Positions 11,011-19,857 of a DNA stretch of 64,000 nt are shown piece after piece. The stretch's first letter is position 1; each line of letters starts with the position of its first letter. The notes below the pieces were generated by a model. The model made no database searches, had not been told where the DNA came from, and saw nothing but the letters and a program-made list of their open reading frames with translations. The translations under genes and the position numbers were made by a program. The stretch comes from an uncultured Candidatus Rokubacteria bacterium (GTDB lineage Bacteria; Methylomirabilota; Methylomirabilia; Rokubacteriales; CSP1-6), in assembly GCA_963789955.1 (NCBI GenBank), contig CAWBMV010000015.1:1-64000 (forward strand), written 5' to 3'.

Positions 11011-12084
11011 CTACTTCGCCGCCGGAGGCCCCGCGCTCAGCAGCTCGGCGAGGTGGTGCTTCCAGAATCTCGCCAGGCCGGTGGTGCCGTGGCCGCGCGT
11101 GTCCTCGCTCGCCGGGATGAGCACGTAGCGGCCGCGCTTCACGCGCTTGATCTCGCGCTCCAGGATGCCGAGCTCGGGCGGATTGCGTTCGTCGTCGGCG
11201 GAGTTGATGGCCAGCAGGACCGCCTGGATGCGCTCCAGGCCCGGCGATGGATTGTAGTCGCGTGACGAGTCCCACTGATACAGCACGTCGTTGGCGTCGG
11301 CGGTGAACGGCGCCGCCAGCCGCTGGTTGAGGAGCTGGTCGGCCTTCTCACGCGTCGGCGCCGCGGCGTAGAGCGCGTGGTTGCCGCCGCTGGTGGCGAG
11401 GCCGTAGAACACCGAGGCGAATTGCGTGCTGCGCGGCTGTTTGGTGTAGTTTCCGTTCATCCACTCCGGATCGTTGCGGATCGAGTCGATGATGAGCCGC
11501 CGCATCATCCAGTTGCGGCTCGCCATCTCGGTCGGCAGCGACGCCATCGGCACCGCGAGGTCCATGAAGGCCGGATACTTTTGCGCGAAGATCCAGACCT
11601 CCATGCCGCCCATGGAGTTGCCGAGCACGAGACGGAGACGACGAACGCCCAGGTGCTCGGTCAGGAGCCGATAGTGGGCCTCGACCATGTCGTCGTAGTT
11701 GTACTTCGGAAAGCGCGTGCGCAGGCCGTCCGATGGCTTGCTCGATTTGCCGTGGCCGATCGCGTCCGGAAGGATGACATAGTAGCGGCTCGCGTCCAGC
11801 GGCTGTCCCGGACCGAAGAGCTCGCCGCCAAAGGCCGGCGCGAGCAGGCCCGCCCCCGAGCCCGTCGTGCCGTGAAGGATCAGCACCGGCTCGCCGGACG
11901 GCGCGCCGATCGTCGTGTAGTGCAGGCGCAGCTCGGGGAGCACCTCGCCGGTGTGGAAGCGAAAGTCCCGCACCACCCAGTGGCCGTCCTTCGGCGCCGG
12001 CGCATCGGCGGCCATGCCCGGGTGGGCGGCCAGCATGAAGAGCAAGACGCAGGCGCCGAGCACCACGGCTCTGCCGTATGTCAT
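11011..12084 (-). CDS. Exported alpha/beta hydrolase, homoserine O-acetyltransferase (MetX)-like family
   Basis: RBS AAGGAG and ATG at 12084; signal peptide; LHGTTG, DAIGHGKSSKPSDG, GNSMGG nucleophile elbow, GHGT. Confidence 0.85.
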   Translation of the reverse strand: MTYGRAVVLGACVLLFMLAAHPGMAADAPAPKDGHWVVRDFRFHTGEVLPELRLHYTTIGAPSGEPVLILHGTTGSGAGLLAPAFGGELFGPGQPLDASRYYVILPDAIGHGKSSKPSDGLRTRFPKYNYDDMVEAHYRLLTEHLGVRRLRLVLGNSMGGMEVWIFAQKYPAFMDLAVPMASLPTEMASRNWMMRRLIIDSIRNDPEWMNGNYTKQPRSTQFASVFYGLATSGGNHALYAAAPTREKADQLLNQRLAAPFTADANDVLYQWDSSRDYNPSPGLERIQAVLLAINSADDERNPPELGILEREIKRVKRGRYVLIPASEDTRGHGTTGLARFWKHHLAELLSAGPPAAK

Positions 12085-12113
12085 CGCGATCTCCTTCCAG
12101 GGACGTGGCCGGA

Positions 12114-12997
12114 TCATCGGCCCACCGTACGGATGATCCGGCGGGCCGGCAAGCTTCGTCGGGAGACGAGCCCGGTGATCCATTTCACCGAGCGCCGGGC
12201 GCGCGCGGCGACCATCGGCAGCGGAAGCTGCTTGTAGTCGTCGTTGAAGACCTCGAAGCTGTAGTCGCCGCGGTATCCCATTTCGTCCAGCTTCCGCACG
12301 AGGGCGACGACCTCCGGGCTGTGCACGCCCTCGCCCGGAAACACGCGGTAGTGTCGCGCGGTCTCCATGCGGTCCTCGGGCGAGCGGGTTTCCTGCCACA
12401 GGAAATCGGAGAGCTGCACGAGGAACACCTTGCGCGGATCGATCGCGTCCAGAACGCCCGGCGTCGGTGCCGTGGGCGAGGACGTGGTAGGAATCGATGC
12501 AGATGCCGAGGTTCGAGCGATCGGCGTCTCGCACGATCTCCCACGCCTGGGTCACGAGATTGACGTGCCGGCCCCAGGAGAGAGCCTCGTAGACGATGCG
12601 GATGCCGAACGGCACCGCGAGGAGCGCCAGCTTCCGCAGATCCCGTATGAGCGAATCCCGTGTCGCCCGTCGCGTGCGCGGAGGTCGACGAGCAGGCCAG
12701 CAGGACGTTCGCGCCGAGCGCGCGGCACATCTCCAGCATCGCCTTGGCCACGTCGAGCTTGTACGCATGCAAGTGTCCCGAGAGGCCCTCGAAGTCTCGC
12801 AGCACCTGGAAGCCCGTGACCCGGAGCCCGCTGTCGCGGACCGCGCGCACCGCGGCTTCTTCGCCGCCGGGATGGCCGACGACATCTCCGGCGTTCAGCA
12901 TGACCTGCGTGAAGCCGGCGTCGACGATGGCGCGTAGCTTGGCTTCGAGCGGCCCCGCGAGCGTGATCGTGTCCATGCCGAAGTGGTCGATGTTCAT
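12114..12997 (-). CDS. Sugar phosphate isomerase/epimerase TIM barrel, 3-dehydroshikimate dehydratase-like (frameshifted)
   Basis: YEALSWG, CIDSYH, VQLSD, RHYRVFPGEG, YSFEVFND motifs of the QuiC1/QsuB N-terminal domain; shikimate dehydrogenase context. Confidence 0.8.
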
Positions 12998-13858
12998 AGA
13001 TGGCTGACGACCAGCTCGAAGGTGACGCTGCCGAGATAGAGCTGGGTGAGCGCGCCCTTGTCGCTGGGCTGCACCGCGCCGCGATCGACGAACACGATGC
13101 CGCGCTCGGTCAGCGCGCGCACCGCCGCCGGCACGTCGCGCGCGCCGAGGCCCACGCGGACCAAGCCCTTCCTCCCAGCGGCCCGCCCGATTCGGGCGGC
13201 GGCTCGATCAGCTGCAAGTAGAACTTGTGGCACGGGCTCTCGAGGAGCGTGCCGTTCGGCAGCACGCCGAAGTACCGGCCCTGCGGCAGCACGGAGAATC
13301 CGAAGAGAGTCTCGTAGAAGTCCACCCAGTCGCGCGTGCGCTCGGCCAGGATCGTCTGCACCACACCGAACCAGTGCAGGCCGGCGAGCGCGGGCGGCTG
13401 GGGATTGAGTGGCCGCGAGCGGGACGAAGTCGACGTCGTAGATGGAGAAATCGCGGTAGCGGTCGACGAAGTAGACGAGGCTGTCGCCGACGCCGTGGAT
13501 GCCGGGGATGTTGAGCTCCATGGCCGCGGCGTGGGGCTCGATCTCCCAGGCGCCGAGCTCGACCGAATGGCGATAGCGCATCGCCGGCGTCGCGGACGCG
13601 CAGGGCCATGGCACTGAGGACCGGGGGAGCCGGACGTCGCTCCGTGCGAATTCACGATCACGTTCATCTCGCCCTGACGGTACAGCAGCGACCTCGCGCG
13701 AGCGGTGGCGGGCCACCGCGGCGAAGCCCATCTGCTGCAGCAACGCGCCGAAGGCCTGCGGCTGCGAGGTGGCGTACTCGATGAACTCGATGCCGTCCAC
13801 GCCCAGGGGGTTGGAGGGCTCGGGGATACGCGTCGGCGGCGTGGCGGCGGCTCATCAT
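12994..13858 (-). CDS. 4-hydroxyphenylpyruvate dioxygenase-like (VOC fold) protein (frameshifted)
   Basis: NPLGVDGIEFIEYA, ARHRSREV-LYRQG, MELNIPGIHGVGDSLVYFVDRY, DWVDFYETLFGF, TFELVV. Confidence 0.8.
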
Positions 13859-14776
13859 GCGACAAGCCGCCGGAAATGTGCGTCCATCCGCGCGGCGTCG
13901 GCGTCGACGCCGGTGAAGAGCTTGAAGCCGTCGACGGCCTGGCCGACGTTCATGTGGCCGCCATCGGCGGTCGCGCATCCGACGCGACGCGCCGCCTTGA
14001 GCAACGGCGTCTCCAGGGGCACGTAGACGACCTCCGACACCCACATCGTGCGGCTGCAGCCAGTCCTCCGGGCAGCGGCATGCCGGGCATGGCCGCCATC
14101 CCGGTCGGGCGTCGCATGAATGAGGCCGCTGGCGCCCTCCAGCGCCGCGCGCAGGTCCGTGCCGGCGCTCGCGCGCCCGCCGTCGAAGGTGCGCATTCAG
14201 TCTCGCGGCGAGCGCGACGGCCCGCGGCGCGTCCTGGTCGAAGATGATGAGGCGCGCGGCGCCGAGCCGCAGCACCGCGTCCGCGCACGCCGAGCCCGCT
14301 CCGCCCGCGCCGAGCAGGACCACGCACGAGAGATCCGCGCCCGGCAGCGCGCGGCGGAAGCCCCAGCTCCAGCCGGAGCCGTCGGTGTTGTAGCCGACGA
14401 GCCGATCGTCGGTGCGAACCACGGTGTTGACCGCTCCGATGGCCTCGGCCTCGTCGGACACCGCGTCGAGCAGCGGGATGACCAGCTGCTTGCACGGGTA
14501 GGTGATGTTCAGCCCGGCGAAGCACATGATGCGGGCCGCTTCGATGAGCGTGGGCAACGCCTCCGCGCCGCGGCTGGACGCGTCGAGGTCGATGAGCTGG
14601 TAGTGCAGGCGGATGCCGTGGTGGCGGGCTTCGTCCTGCTGCAGGGCCGGGGACAGCGAGCGCTGGATGCCGGCGCCGATGAGGCCGCAGAGCAGCGAGT
14701 CGTTCAGCGTCCCGTCGCGGCCGAGTCGCAGCTCCTCGTCCGCGATCAATTTAACAGAGTCGTCAATTCGTGCCAA
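13855..14776 (-). CDS. Shikimate/quinate dehydrogenase (AroE/YdiB family); frameshifted, true start probably ~14710
   Basis: GLIGAGIQRSLSP, GLNITYPCK, IGAVNT, GYNTDG, LGAGGAG, VYVPLETPLL, DGGHMNVGQA. Confidence 0.88.
14751..14766. promoter_or_regulatory. Candidate TetR operator TTAAC-N6-GTCAA
   Basis: AT-rich imperfect 16-bp palindrome between the divergent shikimate dehydrogenase and TetR genes. Confidence 0.6.
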
Positions 14777-14808
14777 GCGCGATCGGCGCCGCGGGCTATC
14801 CTCGGGGC

Positions 14809-15504
14809 GTGAGCAGGGCGATGCGCAAGCCGAAGGCGCCCGCGGCGAACCGGGCCCGCATCCTGGCCGCCGCCATCGAGGAATTCGCCGCGCGCGGGTT
14901 CCGGGGGGCGAGCATGGACGCGATCGCCGCGCGGACCCACACGACCCGCGCGCTCATCAACTACTACTTCGGCGGCAAGGAGAAGGTCTATCTCGCGGTG
15001 CTGGAGCACGTGTACGGCGAGATCCGACAGGCCGAAGACCGCCTCGACCTCGACCACCTCTCGCCGGTGGACGCGATCCGGCGCATCGTCGAGTTCACCT
15101 ACGACTACTACCTCGAGCACGAGGGCTTCGTGCGGTTGGTCGTGGCCGAGAACCAGGTGGGGGGGCGCCACTTGCGGAAATCCCGGGCCATGCGCTCGCT
15201 CAATCGATCGATCATCGACACGCTCCGGCGGGTCCTCGAGCGCGGCCAGCGGGACGGTACGTTCCGGCCTGACATCGACGCGGTCGAGATCCACAAGGCC
15301 ATCGCGGCGCTCGGCATGTTCAACGTGACCAACCAGCACACGTTTGCGGCGATCTTCCAGCGGGACATGGGCACGAAGGGCGATGTCGCGGGCCGGCGCG
15401 CGACGGTGACCGACATGATTCTTCGGTACGTCGCGGCGTCGGCCCTCCATGATCGGGCTGACCGGCGACCGAGCTCGTCGACCCGCATTTCGAGCGACAG
15501 CTGA
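14809..15504 (+). CDS. TetR/AcrR family regulator (RutR/NicS-like)
   Basis: RARILAAAIEEFAARGFRGASMDAIAARTHTTRALINYYFGGKEKVY HTH; GTG at 14809 or ATG at 14821. Confidence 0.92.
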   Translation: MSRAMRKPKAPAANRARILAAAIEEFAARGFRGASMDAIAARTHTTRALINYYFGGKEKVYLAVLEHVYGEIRQAEDRLDLDHLSPVDAIRRIVEFTYDYYLEHEGFVRLVVAENQVGGRHLRKSRAMRSLNRSIIDTLRRVLERGQRDGTFRPDIDAVEIHKAIAALGMFNVTNQHTFAAIFQRDMGTKGDVAGRRATVTDMILRYVAASALHDRADRRPSSSTRISSDS

Positions 15505-15557
15505 AGGCGATCTACGCCGGCTTTCGGCGCCAGGCGCGCGAGTCGCGTGCCGGCTTC
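15478..15557 (+). repeat. Diverged 80-bp copy of an internal BVMO segment (8061-8140)
   Basis: 7 mismatches in 80 bp, same strand. Confidence 0.85.
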
Positions 15558-15922
15558 CCACCGCGCGCATCGACCTCTTGACGGTGTCGCCACGATCCGG
15601 CGTCGCTGGACCGCTGATCTCGGAGAGCACTCCTGGCCTCGCCCCCGCTCGTGGGCGTTTACGTCGTCGCCATCACGCTCTGCCCGCCAAAAGGCTCGAC
15701 ATCCGCCGCTGGTACCGCGCCTGTCGGCGATTGCTGATGCCCGCCGCGCGCAGCGTGTCCTCGGGCCTGACGGTCATTTCTTCGCCAGCCCCTCCAACGT
15801 GAGCAGGCGGGTGCGAAGCCGCGCTGCCGTGTTGAGCCAGAGGAGTAACCCGGGGCGATCGGTTCTTCGGGCGTCGCCATCACACACCGTCCTTCGTCTT
15901 GCGGTACACGCGGGGTGACGCT

Positions 15923-16154
15923 ATGGTGCGCCAGGGTTCGAGTCAACTTGGCCAGTGCTCGCGAGTTGCTCCAGCAGGTCGGCCCAGCGCGCGCGACGTC
16001 GAAACGATCGTCCAGTTCCGGGCAGAACATGGTCCGACCGCGGACGGACAAGCAGCTCAGCACCATTCTCGGCGGTCGAACGATGACCGCCTCCGTCCTC
16101 AAGCGGGCGGACTTCACGCCCTGCGAACCGCATCGCCGGAGTCTCGGCGCCTGA
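15923..16154 (+). pseudogene. Helix-hairpin-helix (ComEA-like) small protein, frameshifted or degraded
   Basis: Stitched frames read RVNLASARELLQQVGP...DVETIVQFRAEHGP...KQLSTILGG, resembling the ComEA/HHH_3 pattern. Confidence 0.45.
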
Positions 16155-16520
16155 GCAGGCTGAGCATCCTGGGTCACCGGACCGAAGAGGGGCAACGTGA
16201 GCGCGAGTGCGGCTGTCCCGAGCCACGGCGTTGGCCAAGGCCCGCGCGTTGCCGAGTTGCTCGCCACTCGGCCGAGAGCGACGGTCGGTAACGATCGTCC
16301 GGTTCCGAGCCGAGGACGTGGCCCGACCGGCGTGACGGACGCAGCTCAAGTCGCCATTCTCGGCGGCGCGGTGCGATGTACGCCTCCATGCCTGACGAGC
16401 GCGTCGAGGAGCACATAGGCGAAGGGCACGCTCGATCCAGTCACTGACTCGGCGAGAAGGGCCAGGCGGGGCGAACTGAGCACGACCGAGCGACGACGAC
16501 CGCGTTCAGTTTGGCATGCG

Positions 16521-17015
16521 TCAGCCGCTCCACGTCACACGCTTCATCGCCTCGCGGAGCGCGCAGATCGCCGACTCGGCCTCGTGCAGCAGGACGTCAG
16601 CCTGGTTCGACAGCTCGTAGCGCTGCTTGATCAGCCTGCGTGCGGCGTCACGCGCGTCCTCCGCTCGCCAGCGGACTTCCGTTGGGACGAGCTCGCAGGC
16701 GAAGAGATGCTCGCGAATGTTCACGGTCAGGTCGGTCCGACAGCGCGGGCACAGGTGCGTGCGATGGTCGAAGAGGTCATTGGCCAGCTCGTGTTGCCGG
16801 AAGCTCTGGTTGCATGCCGTGCACGCGGCCACCGGGTGACCCCAGCAGAACATGAAGAGCAGAGCCCGCTCCTCGTAGTTCAGCTCGAAGGGTCTACGGC
16901 AGTCCAGATGAACGATCCGATCGTCTTCGAACGCAATCGTATCGTTGGACTTGATCGACTGGATGCATCGCGGGCATTTCGGCTCAGCCACTGCTTCACC
17001 TGGTCGAGCGATCAA
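16521..17015 (-). CDS. Cys/His-rich putative zinc-binding protein with helical tail
   Basis: CPRC-x19-HLDC, CWGH, CTAC, HLCPRC, HLFAC; C-terminal heptads. Confidence 0.65.
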   Translation of the reverse strand: MIARPGEAVAEPKCPRCIQSIKSNDTIAFEDDRIVHLDCRRPFELNYEERALLFMFCWGHPVAACTACNQSFRQHELANDLFDHRTHLCPRCRTDLTVNIREHLFACELVPTEVRWRAEDARDAARRLIKQRYELSNQADVLLHEAESAICALREAMKRVTWSG

Positions 17016-17273
17016 GATAGCGCGCGTCGCTCGCTCGTCAAACGATCTTTTCGACCAGTTTGCGCTGGACTAACGTCCGAGAGACGTCGCCGCGCTCAGC
17101 GCGATTTCGAGTCACCTTGTACGACGGGCACGGATACGTCAATGGCCCAATCCGTCGAAAGGATGTCCTATTCCGACATCGGCCGGCCTGGACCTATAGC
17201 CAATTGATTTGGCTGTGCGGTGAGTTATTCTTCGCGGGCCGGACTTCCCGGTGTCGAACCGAAAGATACGGGC

Positions 17274-18305
17274 GTGGCCGACTCGACGCGACCGACGGTC
17301 CTTTCCGTTGACGATGAGCAAGCCATCCTCGACTCGATCCGCCTCGAGCTCGAAGACGACTTCGACGTCGTCACGGCCACGAGCGGAGCTGAGGCGCTAG
17401 ATCTGCTGGCGCATCGTCACGTGGACGTCGTCCTTCTCGATCTGCGCATGCCCGATATGGAAGGTGAGGAGGTCCTGAGACGGCTCAGCTCAGCGAGGGC
17501 TCGACCGCCGGTGATCGTGGTGAGCGTTGTCCGCCAGACGGAGACGGTGGTCGAATGTATGAAGCTTGGCGCCGTCGACTTTGTCACCAAGCCCTGGGAG
17601 GCGGGTGAGCTTCGCGCGGCGATTCTGAGGAGCCTACGGCGCGTCAAACCGGCGGCCGGTGTGCTGCTGGTCAGCGACGATGCCACCGCGCTCGTTCCCA
17701 TGCAGCTCGCGCTCCACTTCTACGTCCACGTCTCGGCGATGAGTGTCGCCAAGGCGATGGCGTCCAATATGCCGGCGCTCGTCGTTGTTCTGTATGTTTC
17801 CGACAAGTCGAAGGTGCCCGCGCTCTCCGCGCTGTCAGCGCGTTTCCCGGACGCAGCGGTGGTGTGGGTCAGCAGTGACCCGCCTGTCGATCCCGGGCGT
17901 CTCACCTTGCCGAACCGTCTCGATCTGGTACTGGACCACGTCGACAAGCTTCTCGGCCACCTCGTTCCGCCCCGGGCTCATCTGTCCCGGGCACTCCTGG
18001 CGGCAGTCGATTTGATGGCGAATCATTGCCGGGACCCGCTCACCGTGGATGAGATTGCGCACCGGGTCGGGGTCTCCGAGGACCATCTGATTCGCGTCTT
18101 CCGACAGGCGTTCGGCTTGCCGGCCGCGACCTACTACGTCCGGCTTCGCATCGCCGTCGCATGCCGGCTTCTGAGCGATACCGACCAGAAGCTGGACGAC
18201 GTCGCCCGCCGCGTCGGCTACAGCGGCGCGGCGAACCTCTCGCGCGCCTTCAAGGAAGTGATGGGCATTCGGCCGAGCGAATACCGGCGCTCGCCGCTAC
18301 CCTGA
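17274..18305 (+). CDS. Response regulator with receiver domain and AraC-type HTH
   Basis: VDDE, LLDLRMP, TKP receiver motifs; C-terminal EIAHRVGVSEDHLIRVFRQ and VGYSGAANLSRAFKEVMGIRPSEYR. Confidence 0.9.
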   Translation: MADSTRPTVLSVDDEQAILDSIRLELEDDFDVVTATSGAEALDLLAHRHVDVVLLDLRMPDMEGEEVLRRLSSARARPPVIVVSVVRQTETVVECMKLGAVDFVTKPWEAGELRAAILRSLRRVKPAAGVLLVSDDATALVPMQLALHFYVHVSAMSVAKAMASNMPALVVVLYVSDKSKVPALSALSARFPDAAVVWVSSDPPVDPGRLTLPNRLDLVLDHVDKLLGHLVPPRAHLSRALLAAVDLMANHCRDPLTVDEIAHRVGVSEDHLIRVFRQAFGLPAATYYVRLRIAVACRLLSDTDQKLDDVARRVGYSGAANLSRAFKEVMGIRPSEYRRSPLP

Positions 18306-18313
18306 ACGCCGCT

Positions 18314-19756
18314 TCACGGCGTCTTGCCGATGGCGCGGTAGAGCTCGGCGACGGGCACCAGACGGCCGTGCAGCGGGAGGAGATCGCCGACGTCGAGCTT
18401 CAAGCGCGCGATGTTGTCGGCGAGCGCGAAGCTGAATGGACTCGGCGGCATGGGGGGCGTCGCGTTCGGGGGCCCCGGCGTGTAGGCGTCGGCCTGACTC
18501 AGGAGCTTCTCCTTCGGCAGGTACACCATGAGCAACCCGTCGTGGTGCATGATTCCCTGGATTCGATAGATCTCCACGGTCCGCGTTCCGTCGGTGAGCG
18601 TGCGTCGCTCGCCCACGCCCTCCACGGTGGGCCGGCGGCCCGACTTCGCCTGGGCGTCCGGCCGTACGGTGGAAGGCGCTCCCAGCGCCTGCGCGAGGAA
18701 GGCGCGGTTGACGTCCTGGGTGATGACGGTGACACCCTCGGCGACGAAAGCCCGTAGGCCGCCCGCATGGTCGAAGTGGTGGTGGCTGTTGATCACGTAG
18801 CGGATCGGCTTGTTCGGGACGAGCTTGCGAGTCTCCGCGATGACCGCGACCGAGCGCTCTTCGTTGAGCGGGGCCTCCACGACGATGATGTGATCCTTCA
18901 TCTCGATGACCACGCTGTGATGCGACCCGCCCGTCAGGTACCACACCCCGTCAGCCGCTTTCTGCGTGGTGACGCGCGCGTACGGGTTAGGGTCCTGGCG
19001 CACGGCGTCCGGCACCTGGATGTCGACCGCGGCGTTGGGTCGCACGTCGGTCACCAGCAGGTCGAGCGTCGGGTAGCCGGCGGTCGTCTCTCGGATCCGC
19101 GTCGGGAACTTGACCCCGCCGAAGTCGCGATAGTCCCAGTAGTCGATCATGACTGGAATATCACCGACGACCGGGTTCGGGAGCAGTCCCTCGACCCTCG
19201 CGATCAGGTTGTCGTCGCTGACGGTCGCCTTCACGTTGAAGCGGCCGGGGACGTTGAACGTGATCGTCCGACCCTGCATGGTGGCGTTGCGCGCCATCGC
19301 GGCTTTCACGATGCCGTGCGGGGTGGCCCACAGCTGGAACTGGCGATCGGCCAGGGCGATCGGCGCCGACGCCGGCTGCTCGCCGACGAGATTCCAGGCG
19401 ATGTCCCCGCTCACCAGCAAGTTCAGCCGCTGCTCGCCGCGAATCGGCTGCAGGCCGCCATAGCGGGCCGGCTCCAGCGCCTGCGTCCGCACCTGTTCGT
19501 CGCGGAGGGAAGCCGTCTCGTAGTTCACCGACCGCGTGTGGCTCTTGACGTTGTACTCCGGCCACGGCAACCCGGGCACGACGCTCTGCCCGGCCGCGTT
19601 GACCCCGCCCGTCCCGGTGTACTGGATCGACTTGACGGTCGGCGCGCCGAGCGCTTTCGCCACGTCGTTCAGGTCGGCATAGGCGTCCCGGACCGAGCCG
19701 GCAAGTGGCGAGGCCAGGACGACGACTGCGGCGATCAGTGCGAGGATTCTATGCAT
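18314..19756 (-). CDS. Exported metallo-beta-lactamase-fold hydrolase with N-terminal beta-rich domain
   Basis: Signal peptide from ATG at 19756; NSHHHFDHAGG, HHDG, QADAY, PLHG. Confidence 0.88.
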   Translation of the reverse strand: MHRILALIAAVVVLASPLAGSVRDAYADLNDVAKALGAPTVKSIQYTGTGGVNAAGQSVVPGLPWPEYNVKSHTRSVNYETASLRDEQVRTQALEPARYGGLQPIRGEQRLNLLVSGDIAWNLVGEQPASAPIALADRQFQLWATPHGIVKAAMARNATMQGRTITFNVPGRFNVKATVSDDNLIARVEGLLPNPVVGDIPVMIDYWDYRDFGGVKFPTRIRETTAGYPTLDLLVTDVRPNAAVDIQVPDAVRQDPNPYARVTTQKAADGVWYLTGGSHHSVVIEMKDHIIVVEAPLNEERSVAVIAETRKLVPNKPIRYVINSHHHFDHAGGLRAFVAEGVTVITQDVNRAFLAQALGAPSTVRPDAQAKSGRRPTVEGVGERRTLTDGTRTVEIYRIQGIMHHDGLLMVYLPKEKLLSQADAYTPGPPNATPPMPPSPFSFALADNIARLKLDVGDLLPLHGRLVPVAELYRAIGKTP

Positions 19757-19857
19757 GGCGGGATTGTAGCATTCCGCCGGCGTCGCAATTGTCCATGCGA
19801 CGGCGCTACAATCAGTGGCCATTGCCGACAGGCCTATCGATCGATCATTACCGGTGA

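Noticed and set aside
11011..12885. 624-aa apparent fusion of TIM barrel and alpha/beta hydrolase in the ORF track
   Set aside because: Frameshift artefact; the hydrolase has its own RBS, ATG (12084) and signal peptide.
17140..17230. Hairpins with a GAAA sequence suggesting a c-di-GMP-I riboswitch
   Set aside because: Lacks the GGxAAAC and GACGCAAA core and a proper GNRA-capped stem.
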